Origin: an uncultured Nitrospiraceae bacterium
Lineage (GTDB): Bacteria; Nitrospirota; Nitrospiria; Nitrospirales; Nitrospiraceae
Reading direction: 5' to 3'
DNA length: 64,000 nucleotides
NCBI GenBank assembly: GCA_963706325.1
Contig: CAVPLT010000007.1
Coordinates: forward strand, 640,001 to 704,000
Below the pieces are notes generated by a model, which saw nothing but the letters and a program-made list of their open reading frames with translations, was not told the origin of the DNA and did no database searches. The translations under genes and the position numbers were made by a program. Every line of letters starts with the position of its first letter. Positions within the stretch are counted from its first letter, which is position 1. Positions 39,838-49,240 of this stretch are shown in pieces.

Positions 39838-40023
39838 ATGAAGGAAACTCGGCGCGTGGTTTATATGCGGGGTGTATTTGTTTGTCCGAAGTGTCGCCAA
39901 TCATATGTGCAAGAGAAATGGATCGAGGAATTCCGAATCCGTTGCCATAAGTGTGACTATCGCGGGACCTTGACCCAGGTGTCGGTTGAAGAGCACATGG
40001 ATGAGGAAACGGTACGTCGGTAG
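39838..40023 (+). CDS. Small zinc-ribbon protein (61 aa)
   Basis: Strong RBS GAGGAGG. CPKC...CHKC pairs. Confidence 0.7.
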   Translation: MKETRRVVYMRGVFVCPKCRQSYVQEKWIEEFRIRCHKCDYRGTLTQVSVEEHMDEETVRR

Positions 40024-40157
40024 CGACCACATTTTCTGGCGATTGCTGCGCTGAACCTTCCCTTGTCTTCCGATCAGGAAGACGTGAGTGAATGATAGGC
40101 CGTGCAAATCGTGCCCTGCCAATCGGTTCTTCTACTTACGCCTCAAACGGAGGCACC

Positions 40158-40790
40158 ATGATTCAGATATTGCGCGTTCTTTTGCTATGCACGACTAGCT
40201 TTGGGCTGGCGTCGGCCAATGCCCTATTGGCTGATGAATCGCCAGCCATCACTGTGTTGGTAGCCTATCATTCTCGTTCCGGTCACACCGAGCAAATGGC
40301 GAAGGCGGCGGCTGAGGGAGTTCGAAGGGTCTCCCTCACGCATGTGATTGTGAAGCGAGTGCAACAGGTGACGGCTGAGGAGTTGTTTGCTGCAGACGCC
40401 ATCGTCCTTGGGTCTCCCGTTTATTGGTCCAATATGGCCGGCGAAGTGAAGACTTTCATTGATGACTGGCAATTCAAGTTCGGGGTTTTCCCCGAGTTCA
40501 AACTCAAGAACAAGGTCGGGGCTGCATTTTCCACCGGGGGCCAGATTTCAAGTGGAAAGGAGTTGACGCTGCTCTCGATACTGGCGGCGATGCTTGGAAA
40601 TTATATGATTGTGGTCGGCGGCGGCGGTGCCTTTGGCGCCTCCGCGACGACAGAAGGTGATAGTACCGGTATCAATGAGCAAGAGCTGGCGGGAGCTCGT
40701 GACCTGGGCGAGCGGGTCGCAGAGATAACCATTGCCGTGAGGCGCGGTTTTGAGTTGCGGGAAAGATCGTCTGTTTCGAGCGGACATTGA
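40158..40790 (+). CDS. WrbA/flavodoxin-like FMN-binding oxidoreductase with N-terminal signal peptide
   Basis: YHSRSGHTEQMA, ADAIVLGSPVYWSNM, KVGAAFST.G..SSGKE and ARDLGERVA. RBS GGAGG. Confidence 0.85.
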   Translation: MIQILRVLLLCTTSFGLASANALLADESPAITVLVAYHSRSGHTEQMAKAAAEGVRRVSLTHVIVKRVQQVTAEELFAADAIVLGSPVYWSNMAGEVKTFIDDWQFKFGVFPEFKLKNKVGAAFSTGGQISSGKELTLLSILAAMLGNYMIVVGGGGAFGASATTEGDSTGINEQELAGARDLGERVAEITIAVRRGFELRERSSVSSGH

Positions 40791-40834
40791 TCGTTCTAGA
40801 AGAGCACGGCTGGCGGTTCGTCGGCACGTGGAAT

Positions 40835-41041
40835 CTAGGTCGAAACGGGTTTAGGGTAGGCGCCTTCAAGCTGGTTTTTTGCCAAAGTTACGAGTTCGTG
40901 GATATTTTTAGCACAACGACCACAGCACCCATGTTCACGCAAGCCAAACTCAGCTACGATTTGCCGAGTGGTCAGACAGCCCTGCCGACCGGCTTCCCGC
41001 ACGTCTGATTCCGTCAATCCTTTACATAAGCAGACATACAT
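40835..41041 (-). CDS. bfd: Bacterioferritin-associated ferredoxin ([2Fe-2S])
   Basis: MYVCLCKGLTE...CCGRC. Confidence 0.85.
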   Translation of the reverse strand: MYVCLCKGLTESDVREAGRQGCLTTRQIVAEFGLREHGCCGRCAKNIHELVTLAKNQLEGAYPKPVST

Positions 41042-41108
41042 GAGGGGTATCTCCCACTGATGATCTACGAATTTATTAGGCGTGTTGAGCAATCATGTTT
41101 CTCGATAC

Positions 41109-41161
41109 TGATAAGCGTTATCAATTGATGGGAGTATAGCTTTCGCAGCGAAGACTGTCAA
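41109..41161 (-). promoter_or_regulatory. sigma70 promoter of bfd with downstream Fur-box-like operator
   Basis: - strand TTGACA(41161-41156)-17-TATACT(41138-41133). TGATAAGCGTTATCA at 41109-41123 matches 12/14 positions of TGATAATnATTATCA. Confidence 0.75.
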
Positions 41162-41455
41162 GAACTGTAAATAATGTTTTCGTCAGTCACCCAACGTGTG
41201 ACCTAGCGGATAGGATCTGCCAGGAAATTAAGTGACTTAAATCGAGTTCTTGGCAGGTGCAACGACGAAAACTCTGTCTACCAGCTAAGACTCCATTGGT
41301 AAGAATGTAGGTAAGCAATCAGGGTAAGGCGTATTGTTATACTCTCGGTCATTAAAGCCACAAGGCATCAGATTCTAGTGAATCATCGGTTTTTAATCTG
41401 GATAAATGTCTGTAGGGTGTAGTTGCAGAAAACAATATAGAAGTGTGAGTTCATC

Positions 41456-41499
41456 AAAAAACGCGAAGGCAGGAAGCTCTTTCGAACTTCCTGCCTTCG
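41456..41499 (-). terminator. Rho-independent terminator of nxrAB
   Basis: 13-bp stem CGAAGGCAGGAAG/CTTCCTGCCTTCG followed on the - strand by a T6 tract. Confidence 0.8.
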
Positions 41500-41516
41500 T
41501 TCGGGCTCACGCTCTT

Positions 41517-41551
41517 CACAGGGGAAAAAGGCGAGGCCTTTTTCCCCTGTG
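41517..41551 (-). other. Perfect 16-bp hairpin immediately after the nxrB stop
   Basis: CACAGGGGAAAAAGGC-GAG-GCCTTTTTCCCCTGTG. Confidence 0.75.
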
Positions 41552-41557
41552 TGAGTA

Positions 41558-42847
41558 TTACAGCCAGTTCACGCGTTCGGCCGGTCGAATATAGATCGGC
41601 TCTTCGACCTGGATGCGCGCCACTTCCTTGCCCGACTTGTTGAAGCCCAACACGGTATCGTTGTACATATCGAACCGCTTCCCGTGGATCTGGGTTTCAA
41701 ACACTTTCGGACCCGGAATGACGTCGTACCGGAAGATGATCTGCTGGCTCGCTCTCCAGAGCTGGAGGACGGCCAACAGTTCCCGACTCGGCACAAGATA
41801 CTTCTCGATGGCGTTGTCCACGCCCGGGCCGAACATCTGCCGCGCATACCCACGCGGGCTGTGTCGCGGCGGAATGTAGAAGCCGTTGGGCTCGGTGCCC
41901 CACTGTGGATACAGGGGCAAGGCCACCTGCTCTACGCGAATCGCGTAGTACAGGGGATGCCAGCGGTCTTCGGCCCACAGGCCGTCCTCGCCGATCCGCA
42001 TCAACGACTGCATGCGGATCTTGCCCACGCAGGCCGCCATGCAGCGCGTTTCCATCGGCTCGCCGCCCGTCAGCGGATCCTTGCCTTCGATCCGCGGATA
42101 ACAGGCGATACACTTCTCCGACACCCGGGTCGTGCCCCGGTACATCGGCTTCTTATAGGGACACTGCTCCACGCACTTCTTGTACCCGCGACATCGGTTC
42201 TGGTCGATCAACACAATGCCGTCTTCCGGCCGCTTGTAGATCGCCTTCCGCGGGCAGGCCGCGAGGCAGCCCGGATAGGTGCAGTGGTTGCAGATCCGCT
42301 GCAGATAGAAGAAATACGTCTCGTGTTCCGGCAAGCTTGAGCCGGAGAGCCGCCACGGTTCGTCCCGCGTAAAGCCCGACTTGTCGATGTTCTCGACAAT
42401 GGCCCGCATCGACGTCGCCGTGTCTTCATAAATGTTCACGAACCGCCATTCCTGGTCGGTCGGAATGTACCCGATCGCCGCCTGGCCCACTTTGGCCCCG
42501 GCGTCGAAAATGGTCATCCCTTCGAACACCCCGTACGGCGCATGGTGCTTGCGGCCCACGCGCACGTTCCACACCTGCCCGCCCGGGTTCACTTGCTCGA
42601 CGAGCTGCGTGATCTTCACGTCGTAGAACTGCGGATACCCGCCGTAGGGCTTGGTCTCCACGTTGTTCCACCACATGTACTCCTGCCCCTTCGAAAAGAG
42701 CCAGGTCGACTTGTCGGCCATCGAACAGGTCTGACAGGCCAAACAGCGATTGATGTTGAACACAAAGGCAAACTGCCACTTCGGATGCCGCTCCTCATAC
42801 GGATACAGCATCTTCCGTCCCAGTTGCCAGTTATAGACTTCTGGCAT
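41558..42847 (-). CDS. nxrB: Nitrite oxidoreductase beta subunit
   Basis: MPEVYNWQLGR start. Fe-S motifs CLACQTCSMAD, CNHCTYPGCLAACP, CRGYKKCVEQCP and CIACYP...CMAAC. 429 aa. Confidence 0.96.
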   Translation of the reverse strand: MPEVYNWQLGRKMLYPYEERHPKWQFAFVFNINRCLACQTCSMADKSTWLFSKGQEYMWWNNVETKPYGGYPQFYDVKITQLVEQVNPGGQVWNVRVGRKHHAPYGVFEGMTIFDAGAKVGQAAIGYIPTDQEWRFVNIYEDTATSMRAIVENIDKSGFTRDEPWRLSGSSLPEHETYFFYLQRICNHCTYPGCLAACPRKAIYKRPEDGIVLIDQNRCRGYKKCVEQCPYKKPMYRGTTRVSEKCIACYPRIEGKDPLTGGEPMETRCMAACVGKIRMQSLMRIGEDGLWAEDRWHPLYYAIRVEQVALPLYPQWGTEPNGFYIPPRHSPRGYARQMFGPGVDNAIEKYLVPSRELLAVLQLWRASQQIIFRYDVIPGPKVFETQIHGKRFDMYNDTVLGFNKSGKEVARIQVEEPIYIRPAERVNWL

Positions 42848-42957
42848 TGTAACTCCTCCTTCTGAACATGATCCTGTGATTATTGGTTCGCATTCGTTTC
42901 AAGTACTGAGACCGAAGTCGTTAAGAGGCCATCCTCTTAATGTTTGCGCCTCGATCC

Positions 42958-45900
42958 TTAGACCTTGATCTTGATATGTTCCCCTTTGAGCCACTTGATC
43001 ATGAACTCGTTTTCCTGACCCGGCGTGAACCCGGTCCGGACTGGTTCCCAGGGCCCACGGGCTCCGATGCCGCCGTCTTCCGCCTTCGTGATGCGGATCA
43101 AGCATTCCTTCGGAGTTGTGTTAATGCCATGGTGATCGATGGCATAACCCCACTTGAACTTCCAAGCAATCGTATGTTTGCCAGGGAGTGAGTCGGTCTG
43201 GTGCATCGGCATCAACCAACTTCTGGTGAACGACTGTTGGGCGCCATACCGGAAGTTGGACTGATAGCCGGTATCGACCGCGATGGCGCGTCCGTCCGGC
43301 CGCGTCTCGTGGCCCTTCACCGACTTGGCCGTCGACACGTACGGAGCATGCTTCGCCATCGTGACGTGGTACGGATAGGCTGGATTGTACTTAGCCCGGA
43401 TCATCAAACGGGACACTTTATAGAACGGATCCGAAGGTTTCCAGCCACGATAGGGCCGGTCCACCGGGTTTCCGTCGACAAAGACGTAGTCGCCGTCGTT
43501 GATACCGCGGTCTTTCGCCGCTTGCGGATTAATGTGCAACTGGTGTTCGCCGACACCCGGCGTCCGTTTGTCCATGCGGTACGGATCGCCGAAGTTCGAC
43601 TCATAAATCTGCACCCAGTCGTTTACCGACCATTGGCTGTGCACCCGGTGCCGGGTCTTGGGCGTCACACAGTAGAACTGGTAGCCCTTTTCCCACAATG
43701 GGTTCGGATGCCGCTTGATTTCCTGCCACGGCAGCTTGATGTTGCGCACGTGCTTGTCATCATGGTGCTGCGCGGTGATCGGAATCCCGTAATCGTCCGG
43801 CCGAATGAACGGATTGTTCGAGAAAATCGCATTCGGCAAGTACGGCGTACACTCTGGGCCTTCCCGGTGTACGATGAAGTTTTCCCCGTACTCGATGGCT
43901 TCCGGCTCAATCCGGTAGGTCTCGATGCGGCCTGACCGCGTCCACTGGGGCTTCGACTCGTTCGTCTCCTCCCAAAGCGGATGCCGCGGATAGGTCCGGC
44001 ACATGACCATCCAGCCCTTTTCCGACTTCAACATGACGTCGGCGCTGTATCCGTAACAGGTGGCGCTAGCATCCAGCATCCGCTGCGGATAGACATCGAC
44101 GCGGTTCATGTAGACGAAGTGGAACACGCCACGGAACCGGGCATCTCCGGTCATTTCCGCCAACTTGGCGGCGACGCCGGCGAAGGTGTCCGCATCGTTC
44201 CGGGTGTCATACAACGGGCGAATCCCGCCCTTCCAGATCTGGATCCACGGATTGGAAACCGTGCCAGTCATTTCGGGATAGGTGAATTCCATCCACGAGT
44301 TACAGGCAAACGCCACGTCCGCATGGTTGACGTCCGAGGTCATCTCGATGTCTTGCGTGACGATCATCTCGATGTTCGGATCGACGTTCTTCACCATGTC
44401 ATAGTGATGTTTGGCGTTGTTTAAGATGTTCACGTTGGTGACCCAGCGGACTTTGCTGGGGCTCGGCATGTGAGTCTTGCCGGTGAACACCTTGCGCCCG
44501 TACTTCGGCGTATTGACGATCAAGGCCGTATCCCCATGGTTCCAGTACCCGACCTCTTCACCATAGTAATACGATTTGGTCTTGATCTCTTTGCCATGGG
44601 CATTGGGATCCAAAGTCAGGTTGAACGGATCCTCACCGGTGTGCACCGCGAGGCCTGCGCCTGACCACGGCACCGCGTTCCAGATCCCGGCTTTGTAGTT
44701 ACCGGACCAGGTATGGCAGCCCGTGCCGAATTTGCCGATGTTGCCGGTGATAGTCATCACCAACGCCGCTGCCCGACCCATTTCCGTCATGTGGAAATAG
44801 TGACAGACGCCTTCGCCGTTGTGCATCGCGGCCGGCTTGATCGTGCCCGAATCACGCGCCCAACGGACCAGCAGGTCTTTCGGCGCCCGGGTGATTTGAT
44901 GCGTGGTATCGAGATCATAGTCCTGAAGGTGGACTTGATACATTTGGTAGATCGACATGACGTCGATTTCGCGACCATTGACCAGCTTCACCCGGAACGT
45001 CCCGGTCAAGGCCGGATCGATGCCGCTCTCCTTGAAATGGAAGCCGACCTGCTCCCGGTGCAGAGGAACCGCTTTCCCCTTTGCCAGGTCCCAGACCATC
45101 ATGCCGCCGAGTCGTTCGATTTGCTCGGGTTTCAAGGATTGGATGCGCCCCGAATAGCTCTTCGAGAAATCCGGGAATTTGTAATCGGCCACCACATCGC
45201 GCGGATCGAGATACTGGAGAGTATCGGTCCGTACAAGTAAGGGCAGGTCGGTAAATTCCTTGATGTAATCAATATCCTGCAAATTCTCGTCGAAAATGAT
45301 TTTGCAGGCACCGAGGAAGTTGGCGCCATCAGTCTCCGGCCGCAGAGGAATCCAGTAATCGGCCCGGTAGGCTGTCGGATTATATTCCGGCGTGATGACG
45401 ACAATACGCGCGCCGCGCTCGATCGACTCGAGCTTCCAGTGCGCTTCCGGCATCTTGTTCTCGACGAAGTTCTTACCCCAGCTGGTGTTCAGCTTGGAAA
45501 AGCGCATGTCGGAAAGGTCGACGTCGCAGTTCTGGGTTCCGTTCCAGAAAGGATGGGACGGATCCTGGTCGCCGTGCCAGGTGTAGTTGGAATAGTACTT
45601 GCCGCCTTGGGCTTTGTCCGGATCGACTTTGCGAATCCAGGAGTCAAGCAGCGGCAGGCATCCGCCGTTGAAGCGCGTGTTCATCATTTTGCCCACGATG
45701 CCGAGCACCGGCATACCTGCCCGATGCTTGAAGCAGCGCACGCCCGCGCCCTTCATCATTTCGATCATTTCCGGCGCATAGCCCTGCTCGCGGAGACGAC
45801 GTGCACCAGCTTCGCCGCTGTAGCGGGTCGCGATAAGAACAGCGCCCTTAGCAACATAGGTGAAGGCCGTATCCCACGATACCCGGTTGAGGTCATCGAG

Positions 45901-46401
45901 GAAGCGGCTGTCAAATTTATACTTGCGCTTCACATCAGGCGTCAGCTCAGGGGAGCCGGCATCCATCCACTCTTTCCACCCCTTCCGCATCAACGGCCCC
46001 TTTAAGCGATAGGGACCGTACACGCGGCGATGGAAAGTGAATCCCTTCAAGCACATGCGTGGGTTATGCGCGAACGTGCCGCGGTTGCCGTACAGATCTT
46101 CATAGGTTTGGTGATCATAGTTCTGCTCGACGCGCATGACGACGCCGTTCCGGACGAAGGCACGAATACGACAGCCGTGGGTATCGTTCGGTGAGCAGCA
46201 CCAGGTAAAGGATGAGTCGTACCGATACTGGTCGTGATACACACGCTCCCAGGACCGATCCGGGTACTCACCCAGCGGGTTCCCAACCTCGATGACCGGC
46301 TGCAGCGCGGTCAACGCGAGGACTTTGTCCGCCACAGCCACGGCCGCGACGGTTCCCGCCGAGATTTTGAGAAACTGTCTCCGTGAAACGGAAACCTGCA
46401 T
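42958..46401 (-). CDS. nxrA: Nitrite oxidoreductase alpha subunit (periplasmic, Tat-exported Mo-bisPGD enzyme)
   Basis: SRRQFLK Tat motif, FS0 motif CSPNDTHGC...PRMCLKG (Asp replaces one Cys), YTWHGDQ Mo-ligand region and TPKTRHRVHSQW. RBS AAGGAGGT before ATG 46401. Confidence 0.96.
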   Translation of the reverse strand: MQVSVSRRQFLKISAGTVAAVAVADKVLALTALQPVIEVGNPLGEYPDRSWERVYHDQYRYDSSFTWCCSPNDTHGCRIRAFVRNGVVMRVEQNYDHQTYEDLYGNRGTFAHNPRMCLKGFTFHRRVYGPYRLKGPLMRKGWKEWMDAGSPELTPDVKRKYKFDSRFLDDLNRVSWDTAFTYVAKGAVLIATRYSGEAGARRLREQGYAPEMIEMMKGAGVRCFKHRAGMPVLGIVGKMMNTRFNGGCLPLLDSWIRKVDPDKAQGGKYYSNYTWHGDQDPSHPFWNGTQNCDVDLSDMRFSKLNTSWGKNFVENKMPEAHWKLESIERGARIVVITPEYNPTAYRADYWIPLRPETDGANFLGACKIIFDENLQDIDYIKEFTDLPLLVRTDTLQYLDPRDVVADYKFPDFSKSYSGRIQSLKPEQIERLGGMMVWDLAKGKAVPLHREQVGFHFKESGIDPALTGTFRVKLVNGREIDVMSIYQMYQVHLQDYDLDTTHQITRAPKDLLVRWARDSGTIKPAAMHNGEGVCHYFHMTEMGRAAALVMTITGNIGKFGTGCHTWSGNYKAGIWNAVPWSGAGLAVHTGEDPFNLTLDPNAHGKEIKTKSYYYGEEVGYWNHGDTALIVNTPKYGRKVFTGKTHMPSPSKVRWVTNVNILNNAKHHYDMVKNVDPNIEMIVTQDIEMTSDVNHADVAFACNSWMEFTYPEMTGTVSNPWIQIWKGGIRPLYDTRNDADTFAGVAAKLAEMTGDARFRGVFHFVYMNRVDVYPQRMLDASATCYGYSADVMLKSEKGWMVMCRTYPRHPLWEETNESKPQWTRSGRIETYRIEPEAIEYGENFIVHREGPECTPYLPNAIFSNNPFIRPDDYGIPITAQHHDDKHVRNIKLPWQEIKRHPNPLWEKGYQFYCVTPKTRHRVHSQWSVNDWVQIYESNFGDPYRMDKRTPGVGEHQLHINPQAAKDRGINDGDYVFVDGNPVDRPYRGWKPSDPFYKVSRLMIRAKYNPAYPYHVTMAKHAPYVSTAKSVKGHETRPDGRAIAVDTGYQSNFRYGAQQSFTRSWLMPMHQTDSLPGKHTIAWKFKWGYAIDHHGINTTPKECLIRITKAEDGGIGARGPWEPVRTGFTPGQENEFMIKWLKGEHIKIKV

Positions 46402-46579
46402 AATAGCTACCTCCTTGTGAGGCACATGATTCCCTCATGCACCTGTTCGTACAACTTCACTGCAGTTCCTAAAATGCGATTCTGGTTGATATACCCCCTT
46501 TCCCTGTATCGAATTGGAAACATTTGCCCCTCTCAATTCGAAATTTGTGAACGGACATTCGTTCACTCGCGTGTTGTAG

Positions 46580-46595
46580 TACAAGTCGCATGCCT
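46580..46595 (-). promoter_or_regulatory. Putative sigma54 (-24/-12) promoter of nxrAB
   Basis: - strand AGGCATGCGACTTGTA (GG-N10-GT) against consensus TGGCACG-N4-TTGCW. Confidence 0.6.
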
Positions 46596-46652
46596 GGAAG
46601 GTGAATAGACTAATCGAAACAGCTCTCCTGAGAATGATATAAATGCTAATAA

Positions 46653-46881
46653 AAACAGCTAGTTAAAAATTAGATCGAGGTGATGGCGGGAGAGTTTGGC
46701 GGCAGTGAAAGCAAGGGGTCAGCAACTACTGACTACATCCTCAGTCACTAAGTGTAACTGATTGATAATTAATGATTAAATTATGTCTGTAAAGACAGAC
46801 GATCGTCTAGTAGGTTTAAAACTTGAATAGAAACAATCTCTTACGTAGCGATGGTTGGATGAACCGTCACCTTTTGCTGAC
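46653..46881. promoter_or_regulatory. IHF-like site plus three GTC-N10-GAC palindromes (candidate bEBP enhancer sites)
   Basis: AAACAGCTAGTTA (46653) in an AT-rich tract. GTCAGCAACTACTGAC (46718), GTCTGTAAAGACAGAC (46785) and GTCACCTTTTGCTGAC (46866). Confidence 0.5.
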
Positions 46882-46885
46882 ACTG

Positions 46886-48307
46886 CTATTTTTCTTCTTT
46901 GGTATACCGGCGCATGATTTCATGAAAGTACGAACGAGGAAGCCCGGCGTCTTGCGAGGCATGGGTCACATTGCCCCGATGGACGGTGAGTTTGGTTGAA
47001 ATGTATCGCCGATTGAAGGCTTCAAGAACCTGTTCTTTGGCTTTGGCATAGGGGAGGTGGAGATAGTCCTCTTCAGGGACTACCCTCGGTCGTTCGTCGG
47101 GAACCGCCAGCAGACCAGCTACGTCAGCGATGCCGATGCGATCACTTTTGGCCAGCATCACAGCCCGTTCCATAACGTTCCGCAGCTCCCGGACGTTCCC
47201 AGGCCAGGGGTAGGCGACCAGTTCGGTGACGGCCGAAGGATGGAGATCCTCCACACGTTTCGTAAACTCCTTGGCATAACGGCTCATGAAGTGGCGAGCG
47301 AGCACGGGAATATCCTCCGTTCGTTCACGAAGCGGTGGCACGCGGATTACCATCACATTGAGCCGAAAGAAGAGGTCCTTTCTGAACTCATTCTGCTTGA
47401 CCTTTTCCGCCAAGTCCTGATTGGTGGCTGCGATAAAACGAACGTTGACTTTCCGCTGCTGCGTGCTCCCCACGGCACGTACTTCGCCGGCTTCCAGAAC
47501 GCGCAACAGTTTGGCCTGGAGACTGCCGGGTAGGTCGCCGATTTCATCGAGAAAGACGGTGCCATGGCTTCCGGATTCGATCAGCCCAGTTTTATCGGCA
47601 ACCGCGCCGGTGAATGCTCCGCGAACGTGGCCGAATAGTTCGCTCTCAACCGTGCCTTCCGAAAAGGTAGTGCAGTCAACGACCTGGAATGGTCCATCGC
47701 AATCGAGGCTCCGCTCGTGAATCGCCTTCGCGATCAACTCTTTACCCGTTCCCGTTTCACCGATAATCAGAGTCGTCGAGGGTACTCGGGCAATGGCTTC
47801 GATCATGGCCATGACGTTTCTCATAGGCGGGCTCACGCCCACCAAATGCTTAAAGGGGATGCGAGGGGCCGCTGCATCATCTGGGGAGCCTTGAGAAAGA
47901 ATTTCTGACATCCGCATGGCCCGATGAATGCGCGTGGCGAGGTCCATGGTGTCGTACGGCTTGACGATGTAGTCAAACGCGCCGTGACGCATCGCGTCAA
48001 TGACCGTGTCGATGGCATTGATCCAACTGACGATGATGACCGGAATGCGTCGATTAAGGTCTTGAACCCGTCGCAGGAGCTCAATTCCGCTCATGCCCGG
48101 CAGGCGAACATCGGCGATGATCAAGTCAATGGGTTGTTGTTGCAGGCGCTCGAGTGCGCCCTCTGCGGTTGCGTTGATGACCACATGGACCTGTTCGTCT
48201 TCATGGCGCGGCAGCTCATGCTCCACGGTACGCAAGAATATGTCGACGTCCCCTGCGTCATCCTCAACAAGCAGAACGGTAAAGGCCTTGTGTTGGCTTT
48301 CCGACAT
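46886..48307 (-). CDS. sigma54-dependent response regulator (REC-AAA+-HTH) upstream of nxrA
   Basis: VEDD...ADVRLP...KP, GETGTGKE, intact GAFTGA, FLDEIG and WPGNVRELRN. Confidence 0.93.
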   Translation of the reverse strand: MSESQHKAFTVLLVEDDAGDVDIFLRTVEHELPRHEDEQVHVVINATAEGALERLQQQPIDLIIADVRLPGMSGIELLRRVQDLNRRIPVIIVSWINAIDTVIDAMRHGAFDYIVKPYDTMDLATRIHRAMRMSEILSQGSPDDAAAPRIPFKHLVGVSPPMRNVMAMIEAIARVPSTTLIIGETGTGKELIAKAIHERSLDCDGPFQVVDCTTFSEGTVESELFGHVRGAFTGAVADKTGLIESGSHGTVFLDEIGDLPGSLQAKLLRVLEAGEVRAVGSTQQRKVNVRFIAATNQDLAEKVKQNEFRKDLFFRLNVMVIRVPPLRERTEDIPVLARHFMSRYAKEFTKRVEDLHPSAVTELVAYPWPGNVRELRNVMERAVMLAKSDRIGIADVAGLLAVPDERPRVVPEEDYLHLPYAKAKEQVLEAFNRRYISTKLTVHRGNVTHASQDAGLPRSYFHEIMRRYTKEEK

Positions 48308-48925
48308 CCTTGAATCCTCTGCAATCCCTAAATTCTCTCGCCGCCTCAACGTTCGTCCCGACATGGATCAGGCGAGGATCGTAAACCTTCACTCGGCGCG
48401 GGATGGCTAGTCACGTCCCTATCAGGACCCGCACGCCTATTCTCGTGCTCAGGCCTTGTGCGGTAAGTTTCGCATGTTCAGTGTCTCTGAAACCAGTCGT
48501 TCGATGTGCATAAACCCGGCATGCGCGATGAATGCGCATCTCCAATTAGGGATGATCAGGTTTCAGCATCCACCGGAAGATACCCTAGGCGCAGTGGGCA
48601 CGTCACCCGAAGGAATCGTTCTGAGGGATTCGCCCCATAGGGCATGGGCTCCGTCACATCGTGCACATCTTAGGAGGGGGTGATGTTCAAATCAACTCCA
48701 TGACCGATAGGGCAGTGATGTGGATGCGAGTCCAGAACGGGCAATGAGCTTGAGAAGGACGGCATGGCACTGGCTCAGTGCTCTAGCCCCGTACTGCTCA
48801 AAAATCAGAATGAGATAGCCCAGAGGCAGGAGCAGGTGGGCAGCACCACGTTTAAGAATGGAGCCACCCAATCTGGATTCGAGAGATCGCGTGCCCACGC
48901 ACGCCTTAGTTCCCCGAGGACATCG

Positions 48926-49240
48926 TCATGAGCTGCTCTTGAGTCCGATGATGCCCAGGACGATACACATAAGGGAAACGACTTTGATGGTCGAGGCGGA
49001 CTCCGCGAAGAGCACCATGCTGAGCACGGCAGTGCCGGCTGCACCGATCCCTGTCCATACCGCGTATCCCGTTCCCACGGGAATGGTCTTTAGGGCTTGA
49101 GCGAGACAAACGAAACTCGCTGCCATAGTCAGGAGGGTCCCCATCGTCGGCCAGAGTCGAGTAAATCCATCCGAATACTTCAGGCCGATAGCCCAACAGA
49201 TTTCAAGCAGCCCTGCTATCACCAGAAACGTCCACGCCAT
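48926..49240 (-). CDS. sugE: SMR-family guanidinium exporter (Gdx/SugE)
   Basis: MAW..L.IAGLLEICWAIGLKYSDGFTRLWP and P.GTGYAVWTGIG. RBS GAGGAG. Confidence 0.92.
   Translation of the reverse strand: MAWTFLVIAGLLEICWAIGLKYSDGFTRLWPTMGTLLTMAASFVCLAQALKTIPVGTGYAVWTGIGAAGTAVLSMVLFAESASTIKVVSLMCIVLGIIGLKSSS

Noticed and set aside
41684..46005. Long + strand ORFs antisense to nxrAB (e.g. 43201-43935, 41684-42340, 45439-46005)
   Set aside because: Shadow ORFs expected from the strong codon bias of nxrAB. No recognisable motifs.
48456..48898. Short ORFs between the sigma54 regulator and sugE
   Set aside because: No motif or convincing start signals. Treated as intergenic or relic sequence.
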